Positions 34,279 to 45,960 of a stretch of 64,000 nucleotides of DNA are shown here, piece by piece. Under the pieces are notes generated by a model, which was given only the letters and a program-made list of their open reading frames with translations, did not search any database and was not told the origin of the DNA. The stretch is taken from contig MU004230.1 in the NCBI GenBank assembly GCA_010405405.1, positions 716,627-780,626 of the forward strand, given 5' to 3'. Within the stretch, counting starts at the first letter, position 1, and the number at the start of each line of letters is the position of its first letter. The position numbers and the translations under genes are program-made. The DNA is from Microthyrium microscopicum (Eukaryota).

Positions 34279-35645
34279 TCAATTAGCAAATCGCTGTTCA
34301 TAGTGGCCTTCTGGATCATCGTCAAGCGACATGAAATTATCCTGTTGACTAAACGTTGATTGAGCCTTTGATATGACAGCCGCCTTTGAGCTGGCCTTGA
34401 GGGCAGCATCAAGACCATCCAAGACCGATCCACCAACAGCGGGTGCTGTGGTATCTGCCTGCTGCTTGGCGGCTCGCTGCCGAAGCTGCCCAGCACGATC
34501 GATATGTGGAAGACGACATTTGCTTCCATTGGGGCAGGAGCCCGTGGCGGCATAGTCGGGGCACTCAAACACATGCCGATCTTTACAATCGGCGCCCATT
34601 TCACAGTAACCTAAGGTAGCAAAGTCCACACAGATGGGTGCATCGGGTCTAACTGTCATGTGAGTATAGCGACATGTAGCATTCGTGCAATTGTCCGAAA
34701 GGAAATATGTGCACAAAGGAACGCGGTGGGGGGATGGTTCGTGGGAAAGATCACAATATGGGCCTTTGGAGCAGAGTCCTTTGACCAATTGTTCCTTGCA
34801 CATTGCAACCTTGGCCGGATCGTGGACAAAATGGCAGTGTTGTCCTTTACGACATTGACCTACGTATAAGTTAGTTTGTAAACCGGGAACGACGATATAT
34901 TCAAGTCCAATCCACGGATGGTATAGGGGATAAAAAGAATACCAGTCAAGCAAAAGTTCCGACAAAGGACTTTTTTCGGGCTATAGCCTGCGTTAGAATC
35001 CATAGATTTGATAGAACACCAGAATACTGACGCGGGTTGCGGAGGTGATGGTTTTCGAGGTGCTAAAGTTCCTAAATGTAAGACAGCAGGATCCAATATT
35101 CCAGGACGAATTCGCGTACTGGAAGGACTATATGGTGGAGTCGTGCCTGTTTGTAATGAGATTGACTGATGTATTTTGACTGAGGCCAGGCACTGACCAT
35201 TAATCGCTCCATTTCCCTTGGCGGCTTGATTTGTGTACACGGTTTTGTTGATGAGTTGCATCTTACTAGCATCATGTTTCGATATCCATTCCTGGCGATC
35301 TTGTTGCACCTCGAGTCCGCTTTGTGTATCATCAGAATCGATGTTGGTCTCGGTTGGTTCTCGTATTATTAATTGTCGATTGCGATAGGTGGGAGGACCA
35401 TAGCGAGGGTAGACTCTACCACCACGGACGCCGCGTCCTCGTGCTGGGTATGGTGCTTGCGTGAACGGATGCGATGTGCGATACTGCCCCCGACCACGAC
35501 CAGCAAATTGTTGTGCTTGTCGTGCTGCGATGGCGTCTAGCGAGATTCGGTTAGCCAGAATCGTTGCGTAACAGCTATGTAGTGACGTACTTTCGAGGGC
35601 GCGCACTTTACGAGCCATTTCAGCGGTAGACTCCGGGTCTGCCAT
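34279..35645 (-). CDS. CCCH zinc-finger protein (tandem C-terminal CCCH fingers)
   Basis: LCRNFCLTG.CRKGQHCHFVH, CKEQLVKGLCSKGPYCDLSH, CTYFLSDNCTNATCRYTH, CVDFATLGYCEMGADCKDRH, CPDYAATGSC; multi-exon. Confidence 0.85.
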
Positions 35646-36067
35646 GGTGCTTGTCACAAGTTTCCTGTATGATTAGAGGTCAAGTCCGGCTTCTAGTGCT
35701 ACGAAAGATTTTGGTGTGTAAGGGGAAATGAGAAAGAAGGATATAAGGATGAACAGAGGGAGGCCTAAAGTTCACGTATAGTTGTCGATGGAAGACGGAG
35801 GATAAAGTAACGGCGCGTTGTATGCGGCGGGTGAGAGATGGATGTTGGTGGCGATGGTTTGATTTCACGTTTGGCAGAGGTTAAGGGTGTAGGCCACGCT
35901 AGGCAGGGCCATGGACTTTAGCGCCTATCGTCGATGACTAAGCCATCAGCGTTACCTCGCAGTTCAATGTTCCTGAGCGCTCAAGCTTCAATAGATATGT
36001 ATCATTCGCAGGACAGATGATACCAATATAGCAAGCAGTGGAGCGCCAGTAGCTTCCGAATAAAGAA

Positions 36068-36558
36068 ATGTAAGCTACCAACTGCTTCTAACCCTCATTG
36101 CTTCTGACAACATCAGGGTTGTCTTCTCTCTCCTCGTCGTGAATAAGGCCGGCGGCCTTGTCTTCAATCGCGAATTCCATACCGGCTTAGCCACGTTGTC
36201 CTCCAACGACCTCCTCATCCTAGCCGGCACTTTCCACGGTGTCCACGCGATCACAAGACAGCTTGCTCCGGCTCCTGTACAGCCTCCCAATACACCACAG
36301 AACTTTCCAGTCAGAGCATCGGGCCTGGAGGTCCTGGAATCCTCACATTTTCGGCTCAACTGCTTCCAAACGATTACCGGGACGAAGTTCCTTCTCATCA
36401 CAGAGCCAGCACAACCGAACGTCGAGATCATAATAAGAAGGGTTTACGAACTCTATGCCGACTTTGTTATGAAGAACCCCTTTTACACCGTGGAGATGCC
36501 GATTCGATGTCAGAAGTTTGACGCGGCGCTGGACCATTTCATCAAATCACGTCCTTGA
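36068..36558 (+). CDS. TRS23: TRAPP complex subunit Trs23 (sybindin-like)
   Basis: NKAGGLVF, LSSNDLLILAGTFHGVHAI, YELYADFVMKNPFY; start codon split AT|G by intron 36070-36116. Confidence 0.92.
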
Positions 36559-36958
36559 ATGGCTTATGGGTTACGAGAACAAGATGATTATGATTAGAGG
36601 AAGATTCGCACTTAGAATGCTCAAGAAATAGAGTGTCGGACCAAAAAGCATTTGAGTTGGGTTGAGGATTGATTGATCTCATTCCTTTTCAGCAGCGGCA
36701 CCCAGCCAGCAGTCTGCTTCTTCATCATGAACTATCGAATGGACCGCGGATGATTCTGGAAAAGATGCAACTCGGGATATATCTTTTGTCTTCGAAGACA
36801 GCCTTGTTGCATGCTCATATGGTCCCAAATGTACCACTTCATACCAATACACTTCATGTCCAACAATGTATGCATAGCGTGGGTGGTCATGTCGATTTGG
36901 CATTAGATATAGCGGAGCCGGCGTTGAATATAACGTGAAATCAAGGCATTTCCAACAT

Positions 36959-37416
36959 TCATCCTTGCTTCGCTTTCGCTTGATTCTGCGCATGTTCTGT
37001 CTCTCGTTAGTCATAGATCGGGTTCCAACCCCTAATGCTCCATACCTCGTCTCGTCGCATCCTCCAACAGCGCCGTATCCACCGCCGCCGCCGGCAAATG
37101 TACGTAGCGCACCACGCTACCTCTTATAAACACATTCTTAACCGAGCTCTATACAATCACACCATTAGCCTCATTCCAGCAATCCCCACATACGACGTAC
37201 CAAGTGTGGGTATTTGATTTCGTCCACCACTGTGATATCTTCGAGCTTAATGTTAAGGAACTGGTCCACGCTCTTTAGTGTTCCTTTTATGGAGACGTCG
37301 TTTTTGAGTTCGATGGTGACTTCATGGTCGACGAGAGTCTTGAAGAAGCTGGCGCGCAGTTAGTTAGACAATTCGACAATTGCTTTTGGATGGTGGTAGT
37401 ACCTAAAGAACAGCAT
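36959..37416 (-). CDS. LSM2: U6 snRNA-associated Sm-like protein Lsm2
   Basis: Absent from the ORF track; hand-spliced over three introns: MLFFSFFKTLVDHEVTIELKNDVSIKGTLKSVDQFLNIKL...SVKNVFIRGSVVRY...LLEDATRRE. Confidence 0.95.
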
Positions 37417-37892
37417 CTTCGGTATTAGCTCGCGCGGGTATGTGGGAAAGTGTCGGGCGAGATGTCGTAGTTGATGAATTGATGGAGATCTGGGATGCTT
37501 GATGGTCTAGTGCGAGGTTTTTCCGATGGCAGGTGCTGCATCCCTGTTCAGCCTTGCGCCAAGACAAGGCTGAGCTGCCCCTGCGTTCACCTTGAAACTT
37601 AGCCAGCGCTTAAGCATAATGCATGCACAGAGTGATGTGAATAAGTAGAGTTTATGTTAAGAGTTCGGAATGCAGAAATTCGTACAACTTGGTTTAATTA
37701 GAAGGGTATCTTGGCTAATAGAAAAACAATCTACTAGGACTCAACTGATGAGTTATTTACACTACTTGCTCCACCACCACCTGCCAGACATGTCACGTAG
37801 ACAAATGAAATTATATAAATCCAAAGAAGTGAAAACGCTGCAATGATCGTGAGCATGCAAATGACCGTGTTTCCCAATCTATGTTTGAATCC

Positions 37893-40427
37893 TTAGTAAG
37901 GCTTGCGAGCCCATCCGCTCAAGCACCGCCAGCTAGCGCCGGTGCGAGCTCCTTCTTCCAAAGCTCCAACGACGCCGTCGAGCAGCTTGTTGTCTTCTTT
38001 GCCAGACTCCTTGTGCAGCTTGAGCATCCATCGCTCCCATGCCCAGCTGCCGACCATGCCGGTGATATGGCTGGCGTCGGCAGTAGTGCCTTCACGCGAG
38101 GCCGAGTGCTGGCTCATAGGCAAGATCAGCCATGCTCGGCGGATCTGGCCAAAGCCAGCCTTGCGGAGACGACGGAGCCACTCCTTGGTGGGTGTGGGGT
38201 CGTAGCCGCGGCTGCGGAGGCTGACGGAGAACTCAACGCTGAGAGCGGAACCACGTGGTCCACTGTTCATCAGGTCGGCGTCGAGGAGTGAGTACTCGAT
38301 GTATCCACCGGGGCGGAGAACACGCATACATTCGCGCAGGCACAAGTCGTACTGGTCGGTGCGCTTGCCAGTTGGCTTGTCGAGCTTGAGGAGCGAGTAG
38401 ACGTTGCGGGCAGAGATGCAGTCAAAGTGGTTGTTGGGGAAGGGTAGGGTCCAGAGATTGGGGACGATAGTCTGCTTGTGATTCTTGGGAGTAGCAATGC
38501 TTTCATCAATGGGATAATCGGCTGTGCAGACTGTATGGACGAGAGAGCTGGGGTACTCAAGAGCGACTTGCCATGACCAGTCGCAAGATGAGAGACCACC
38601 GAGGTCGAGAATGCGGGCATCCTTCTTGTGTTGGAAGACCTTGGCGGTTGGGCTGGTTAGGAGAGTTCCACCGTTGAGATACTTGGTAGCTTCAACGTTC
38701 CATGAAACAGGCTCAAGTTGTTGGAGGGCGCCTTGCTCGCGGACGGCATTGGCGATCTTAATCTTTTCAGAGTCATCCTCTTTGACACGCTCAAAGGGAG
38801 TAACCTCAAGGGCAGTGACAGGTGTCTTGCCAACGGTGTACTTTCCCTCGAGTTGATTGACGTGACTAGTGAAGAGGCACTTGCGATCAAGGCGGAGTTT
38901 TTCTGTTCGAGTTTTGCGATGAACAAAGGCATCAGAAGGCTGCTTGTTGGATTGGATATGCTGAAATCCACGGAGAAGGAGAGTGTCCTTGGATGCAGCA
39001 TCTGCAGACTCAGCTTCAGCCTCAGCCTCGCTGTACTCGGATTGATCTTGTGTTTCATCGTACGTTTCTTCCTCCTCTTCTTCTTCCTCGGAAATGTCTT
39101 CAACTTCAGAGCCAGATCCTTGACCATTGAGCCAGAGAGCAGTACGATCGAGATTGATGGTGCTGACTTCACGTAGCTTCTTTTCATACTTGGCAGTATA
39201 TGCAGGTCGCTCTTCAGGGAAAGCAGGTGAGGCAAGTGCTTGAAGCCCAGGTGTCCCGCAGCTCCATTGAGCAGGGACTCGACGAGCAGTGAGTGGGCCA
39301 GTAGGTGGGCCATTAGTCGCAAAAAAGTCCGATTCAGAGTCAGCTACTTGGATACGGAAATGTGGGGTTGGTAGCGGTGGTGGGATGTTTCGTGAAGAGT
39401 CGAAAGGCACACCATAAAAGTTTTCAGCGACTGATGTTGCTGGCACGGTGTCTTCTTCCTGTTGGGGTAGCCAAGCGTTACGAGCGTTTGGTTCCAGAGT
39501 TGAAAAGAAGCCGCCAGGGGATGGGATAGAGATGGCAGAAAGTTCGCCAGATTCCAGGTCGTCCAAGTCAACCGTTATTTCTGTTTTCAAGAAGTCTAAC
39601 GATCGACCAGTTTCCACCATTTCGGAAGCTTGCAGAAGGGTTCCAGCATCAGGATCGTTTTCATGTTCAGAGAGGCAATCCAAAGTCATCAATGAAGCGG
39701 GATGAAGCTGGACTGGGGCGCCCCATTCTTTGTTTTCATCGCCATTGTCGAGATCTGGAGTAGATGGGCAACTGAAACTGGCTACATCTTCAGAAGTATA
39801 GCTTTCGTCAAGAGACGGAGCATTACTTGTGGAAGAGTGTATTGAAGAACGCTTGTTGAGAAGTGATAGCTGGGCTTGTGGTACGGTGATATGGGGAGAT
39901 AGAAGAGATGGGTTAAATGGCTGAGGTTCACCAGCCTTCTGTAGCTTGTAGACCGAAGGCCAGGCACCTGGAGATGGGATATCCAAAGCCACGGATCTCC
40001 GCCTGTCCTTGGTATTGATTGGGGAGAGAGGAGAGAGGGAGATCATCATAGGAATATCCTCTGCCTCTGCCTCGGACTCGTTATCAGATACATCATACAG
40101 GTCGTCAAATTCAGGCCGTGGGGCTTTGGTGAAATCACTTTGTCGAGGAGTAGCGAAATCATTCTGGTAGTGAGTTGGTGGCATTGGGAACTCCTGTGGC
40201 TCGTCTTCTATAAATGTGTTGCGGTTGACAGATAGGCTAGCCCGAGCCTGCGGGTTGTACGTCGTTGACGGAAGAGGCTGATATGTCTTTGCCTCTAAAG
40301 GTTGATATGTCTTTGCCTGTAAGGGTTGATATGTCGTTGCCTGTAGAGGTTGATATGTCGTTGCCGGAAGAGGTTGATATGTTGTTGCTGGGAGAGGCTC
40401 ATAAGCCTTTGACGAAAGAGTGGCCAT
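37893..40427 (-). CDS. Large protein with a C-terminal class I SAM-methyltransferase-like domain
   Basis: RILDLGG, LPFPNNHFDCISAR, ECMRVLRPGGYIEY; long low-complexity N-terminus. Confidence 0.85.
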   Translation of the reverse strand: MATLSSKAYEPLPATTYQPLPATTYQPLQATTYQPLQAKTYQPLEAKTYQPLPSTTYNPQARASLSVNRNTFIEDEPQEFPMPPTHYQNDFATPRQSDFTKAPRPEFDDLYDVSDNESEAEAEDIPMMISLSPLSPINTKDRRRSVALDIPSPGAWPSVYKLQKAGEPQPFNPSLLSPHITVPQAQLSLLNKRSSIHSSTSNAPSLDESYTSEDVASFSCPSTPDLDNGDENKEWGAPVQLHPASLMTLDCLSEHENDPDAGTLLQASEMVETGRSLDFLKTEITVDLDDLESGELSAISIPSPGGFFSTLEPNARNAWLPQQEEDTVPATSVAENFYGVPFDSSRNIPPPLPTPHFRIQVADSESDFFATNGPPTGPLTARRVPAQWSCGTPGLQALASPAFPEERPAYTAKYEKKLREVSTINLDRTALWLNGQGSGSEVEDISEEEEEEEETYDETQDQSEYSEAEAEAESADAASKDTLLLRGFQHIQSNKQPSDAFVHRKTRTEKLRLDRKCLFTSHVNQLEGKYTVGKTPVTALEVTPFERVKEDDSEKIKIANAVREQGALQQLEPVSWNVEATKYLNGGTLLTSPTAKVFQHKKDARILDLGGLSSCDWSWQVALEYPSSLVHTVCTADYPIDESIATPKNHKQTIVPNLWTLPFPNNHFDCISARNVYSLLKLDKPTGKRTDQYDLCLRECMRVLRPGGYIEYSLLDADLMNSGPRGSALSVEFSVSLRSRGYDPTPTKEWLRRLRKAGFGQIRRAWLILPMSQHSASREGTTADASHITGMVGSWAWERWMLKLHKESGKEDNKLLDGVVGALEEGARTGASWRCLSGWARKPY
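40248..40403 (-). repeat. 24-nt coding minisatellite (~6.5 units) encoding YQPLxAxT
   Basis: YEPLPATT YQPLPATT YQPLQATT YQPLQAKT YQPLEAKT YQPLPSTT YNPQ. Confidence 0.9.
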
Positions 40428-41202
40428 TTCGATGTATTAGTTGCTGATAGGAATATTAAAAGTGATAACTTTGGAAAGACTGCTAACTGATCAACAGCTA
40501 TTTGGGATATATCTAGACGATAAAGATTGAAACGATTTCGATCAACGAAATCTCGCTGTACAGCACAAACTAGCAGAAAGAAAGGAATTGAAGGACTATC
40601 AAAAAGAGCCTCCTGTGTGGTAGGCGCCAGCTTAAGAAGGACATCTACAGCGCTTCGGTGGCGCATCTCGACGACCAGCCGACGTGGACATGGACCAAGT
40701 TTTGGCATGATCGATGCAGTTCCGTCGGGTCACGAAAGCCATTCCGTTCGCAGACAATCTTCACAGCGGTCGACGTTCGATTGGTCTTCGCGGCCTTCTT
40801 TCTCGCCGTACTTGGTGCAAGAAGCGCTGGTTGGCTGCAGAGTTGGAAGTACGCGCTGGTGGTGCGCCACAACTATTTGACAGGCATCCAATCATTCTTC
40901 AAGGCTCTTCAAGGGTGGATACTTTGGACCCATTTGCCAAGTGATTTGTGCTTGCATTTTGCTTGACTCGACCAATTCAGGGTCTTTTTGCTGAACTTTG
41001 GAGACGCTTTGTTCTGCAAATTTCACCTCTTTGACTCACAATCAGGGCTAAAGCTGGCAATATGGCGTTCAATAGAAGCAAATATCTGCGAATGTGGCAA
41101 TTATCCTTCACATTTTGTGGAAAGTCGGATATCGAAGGATTCTGCGGCTTGCCAATGAACAGAGGCATCTGACCATACAGATGGAGGTGATTTTAACCTC
41201 AT

Positions 41203-44135
41203 CCCTTCGCTTCTCAGCGCTAATAGGAGACCATCTTGGGCCGTAGCCACTTCGTTCCCTTTTAGGCTAGATTGCGCCTAATAGGAATGAATTGTACCTC
41301 TCTCTTTAATCCCCCCTAATATATATCTTATAGTAGCCCTTAATAAAAAAATATATATCTTAAAGTTACTATTATATACTGCTATTTCTAAAATTTTAGT
41401 TTTAATTAGATATAAATTAGTAGAGATAACTTATAGTAATAAACTTTAAGATTTTAAAATCTAAATAGCTCCTTAAGCTCTAATTTTTATATTTTTAAAT
41501 CTTTAATATAAATCTTAGCGCTTATTATAAAAGAAACTAGCTTTACGTTTAGTATTATAACTTAGCTTATAGATAGGCCCTTACTACCTAAAATAGCTTA
41601 TTCTACTCTTTATAACTAAACGAATACTATTATCTCTATTCTAAAAGAAAATAATAAAGAAATATAAACTACCTAAGTACTTAAAAATTTAGTAATTTAC
41701 GCTCCCTTATTTAATAATATTAATTTATAAGTACTTTATACTACTAAGAAGGATTAAAAGAATATTATTATAGGGCGCAAATAGGTAATATTTACTCTAC
41801 TACTCTATAAAGACTACTATAAGATATACGTTCTTTATAAGCCTTTTAAAATTACTAATCTCTTTATATATTTTACTAAAATATACTTTATTAATACTAG
41901 AAACTATCTTATTAATATTAGATCGCTTCTAAAAGATTATGCTTTATAAGATTTTAAAAAACTATTTTAGCGCTTTAATATACTACTAATCTTTTTTAAT
42001 AAGCTCTAGAAAGATATAGACTTTAAGATAATTATAACTAATACTAATTTATATATTTAAGAATAACTACGTAATAATCCTATTTATTATACTTTAATTA
42101 AACCTATTTTAGCGCCTAAAATCTAAATATTCATTATACTATTAATTTATATAGGGGCTAAGCGCTTAGTAGATATTAATAGCATCTAGAAATTTAATAG
42201 CCTAAAATCTTGATATAGTATCTATATATTTATAAGCAAAACTTACTAGTAGTTTATTAAAAAATATATTTACTTAAGTCCTTTAGATTATAATAATTTA
42301 GATCTAACCTCTACATAAAAAAAAGAAGTAGTTTTTATAAAGGTAGAGCCTTTATTTTTAACTCTCTATACTTACTTTAAGGAAGCTATATACTTTACTA
42401 ATTATATTACTATTAATAAGATAATAATATAATTTAAGGGTAGATCTATAGCTATAATATAGCTAAAGAATAAACTAATTAATTATAAGTATAAAATACT
42501 AGGAATTACCTTTTAGGAATATCTTTAAAACTTTCTCTATACTATACCTAGTAGATTCTTAGTAACTAATAAGATATAAAATATTCCTACTTATAAGTAT
42601 TCTTAAATATTTAAAAGCATAGATCCTAATTAGTATAAACTATTAAATTTAAGCTTATATATAGTTCTTTAGATAGTGCTTACTTTATTATTTAAAGAGC
42701 AAAAATAGTATATTTTTATAAATAACTTCTTTAGTAATATATACCTATTTAAAATCCTATAAAATTATAATATTAGCGCTATAAGAACTACGCGTCCTAC
42801 CTCTATAGAGTATCCTTTATAATATATAGATTTAAAGAAGATAGGAAATATATAGAATTAGAATAGAATTAAAGCTCTAATAGTTTATAGAATACTTAAT
42901 ATTATCTAGTATAATTAAGTACTTATTTAATTCTAAATGACCTATTTTAATACTAAAGAAACTAAAATTACTATACGCTATAAGCTTTACGCTAGTACTA
43001 AGAAAGATAAAGATTAGATTTATTATATTTAGGATAATAAAGGTATTAAGAAGCTCTTATAGCTTACTATTACGATTCTATATAATTTATATATAGGTGT
43101 AATTAATTAGGCTAACTAGTAGCGCTTTTACTATACTTACTATTAAACTAGTAAGTAATTTTTATATTTTTTAATTTATAAGAACAATTTTATTATTTTA
43201 ACTTTAATTACTTTAAAACCTATACTATTTAATTTATCTTATTAAGATCTATCTCCTTATATAAGTTTTAGGTATTAAAAACTAGTTGCTAATTTTCTAT
43301 TAGCTAATTAATATTATTATTATAAACGCGTAGATTTTAGCTTTATAGATAATTTAGGTAGAGTACCCTAAAATTACTTAGAATAAGTATAACTATAATT
43401 ACTATTTATACTTTAATATCTTTTATAATTATCTAATATAGTGTTTATACTTAAAAGTATTCTATTAAATACATAAAGTCTAGGAGATTATGTTAACCTT
43501 TAATTTATATAAAGATCTTATATTACTACTAGTAAGATAAATAATTAGCTTTAAATGCCTATATAGTAGTAAATTGCTACCTATAGTATAATTCTCTCTA
43601 GAACTCTACGTAATAATATATTTACTTTATAAAAGGCGCTAATATTACTAATACTATAGTTAGAAGAAGCTTATAGGTATAATATCTAATAAAGCTATAA
43701 GAATATACTTTTAATATTCTAGATATAGAGATAGTTTACCTCTTTGCCTATAGTATTTCTATAAATATTATTAAGATTATAAGTGTTAAAATATCTAATA
43801 TTTAAGGTTAACTACTAACGATTTTAGTAGGAATAAGCTTAGATCCTAAAATATAGATTCTAAAGTAAGAACTTAGGGTAAGATCTATACGTAGTAGTAG
43901 AATAAGAGCCCTTAGTTTGTCTTTATAAATACTAAAATAACTATATCTAAAAGTAATTACTTAGGCGTTTATAGAGTAGGAATTTAAGAAGTACTTTATG
44001 TTAAATAGGACCTAGCAGAGCCCTAGCGGCTAAGCCCTAGCTAATCTAGATCTACTAAAAAGGCATAATTCATTTCCTATTTAGGCCTTAGCGCGTAGCT
44101 ACAACCGCCGAGAAGGTTTACTGAGAAGCGAAGGG
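41203..44135 (+). mobile_element. RIP-degraded piggyBac-type DNA transposon
   Basis: Perfect terminal inverted repeat CCCTTCGCTTCTCAG / CTGAGAAGCGAAGGG; subterminal imperfect IR (~41277-41302 / ~44062-44087); strongly AT/TpA-rich interior; reversing transitions recovers DEMMxxFKGRS, DNFF, GTTR, YNxxMGxVD and WLIDxxxVNAW transposase motifs. Confidence 0.88.
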
Positions 44136-44815
44136 ATGGCCGCATGGGCGGCCAAGAATGGCCGTGTTGACGTGCAAGCCAGGCACAGCGAACCCAACAG
44201 GTCACGGCATCTCCAAGTCTGGCGCAGCAAAAATGAAATCTGCAATCATGGTAGGTTGGTGGGCTGTTTTGGCCAGCCGACTTTCACGACCCGGAAAGAT
44301 TGGGTCGCTGAGTGTCCCTGGGATCAAAGACGCACGTAAAGAGCTCAACATTTGAGGCTGTCTTGCCTGCTTTGGCTAAATCCTTCGAGAATGGCTCGCG
44401 ATGAGTGGTGCATTTGGTGTGTCTTTGTGTCTGTGTGCTTGCATTCAACTTGCGTCAAACCTCGCATGATGAATTCAGCCTTGGACTTGATGATTCGCTG
44501 AGAAATGTATGCAAAAAACATAGATTTCTATGATTGGGATTTTGCGCAGTATGAGTCTCATGGTGAAAATTACTGTTTGGGCAATTTGGAAAAGTAAGAA
44601 GTGATCGCGTTGTGAAGCTTGAGGTTGACGGTCTGGGTTGAGTTGGCCTGACCTGCGACCTTTCCACTCATGACGACCGCCGCAAACGACAAATGATCAC
44701 CAATGTTTGCCAAACGACCTGTTTGACGGCCACCATGCAACTACTCCTTCTCATTTGTACATAATTACTACATCTCATCTTCTTTCTATCACACATCCCA
44801 ACCACCATGTAAATC

Positions 44816-45713
44816 ATGGCTTGGAATTCCAATGATCGCATCCTCTGGCTGGGTCTTGGTAAGCCCGCCTCAGCAGCACCAACAGCTGGCGTGACCCAAT
44901 ATTGACCCCGATATAGCCATTGCCGGAATCACCATCAGCTATAGTGCATACCGAGCCGTTGAAGCCTTTGACCAGGCAAGCGAGACGACAGTCCCCATAC
45001 GGAATCAGTGCACAGTCTCACAAGAAACCGAAAATGGTACTTGCGGCACAGCTCTCCAACCACCTTTATCAAAAAAACTAACAACGTGCAGAAATTGACG
45101 CCGACTCCCTCGCAACATTAAGCAAGCACCCAAGCTTGCATATACGCGAAGCGTATGTTCCCCAATCACAGTTTTAGTGCATAAATTTGAACGACTGATA
45201 CTTCTATTTTCAAGCAGTGCCATCAAAATCCTCGTTACCCGCGTCGTCCACTCCAACCTTCACGCCTCCATACATGCCGATGCACAAAGTTCTGATGAAA
45301 AATTGAGTTCGCGGGCCAAAGCGGCCATCAAGTTAGTGGAAAAGTTCTCGCATGGATTTGCAGAGCCGCCCCGCAGACGAACGCGTCCTACGGTGCCCGT
45401 TGCGGATGTCGTTGCTGCTGCGGATCAGGTTACCGTTGGTAGCAATGACACATGGCTTGTAGACGGGCCAGATGGAAGCCATACAGCCGTTGGGGATGAC
45501 GATAATGGAGAATCGGGCTGGGCGGGGCGGTATGTTGGAGATGGGACGCTTGATGTAGACTTGGAAGACGCGGCGAGGCCTAGACAGCGTAGCGGTAGTC
45601 CCGAGGAACAGGCACGACGAAGGAGGCGAAGAGAAGCAATAGTTCTACATGAAGGCGATAGGCCGCTTACTCAGGAGGACATCATTCAGAGGAGAAGAAC
45701 GGAGAATGAGTGA
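44816..45713 (+). CDS. Hypothetical fungal protein with an N-terminal hydrophobic segment
   Basis: Four exons spliced in frame: MAWNSNDRILWLGLAIAGITISYSAY...RRRRREAIVL. Confidence 0.65.
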
Positions 45714-45960
45714 GCTTTTAGCATTACACCCATGGCGTTTGCCTATTGCATAAGATACCCACCACGCGTGAAGTTTGGAATAGCATAGCATATTAGCTAG
45801 TCAAATTTCAATCATTGATAATATGTTCAAATTATTTGACTGTAGCTGATATGTCCCAAAGTATTATCAGCTATATACAAAAAATCGTGATTGCTAAGAA
45901 CGCCTATGCTAAACGGTAGAGTGTTAATTCATTCAAGCTGGCCTCCCATATTGTGTATGT

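Noticed and set aside
40248..40403. Periodic repeat considered as a CRISPR-like array
   Set aside because: Contiguous coding minisatellite with no spacers, in eukaryotic DNA
41193..41196. TTAA near the left transposon end as target-site duplication
   Set aside because: It lies 6 nt outside the TIR and has no counterpart at the right end
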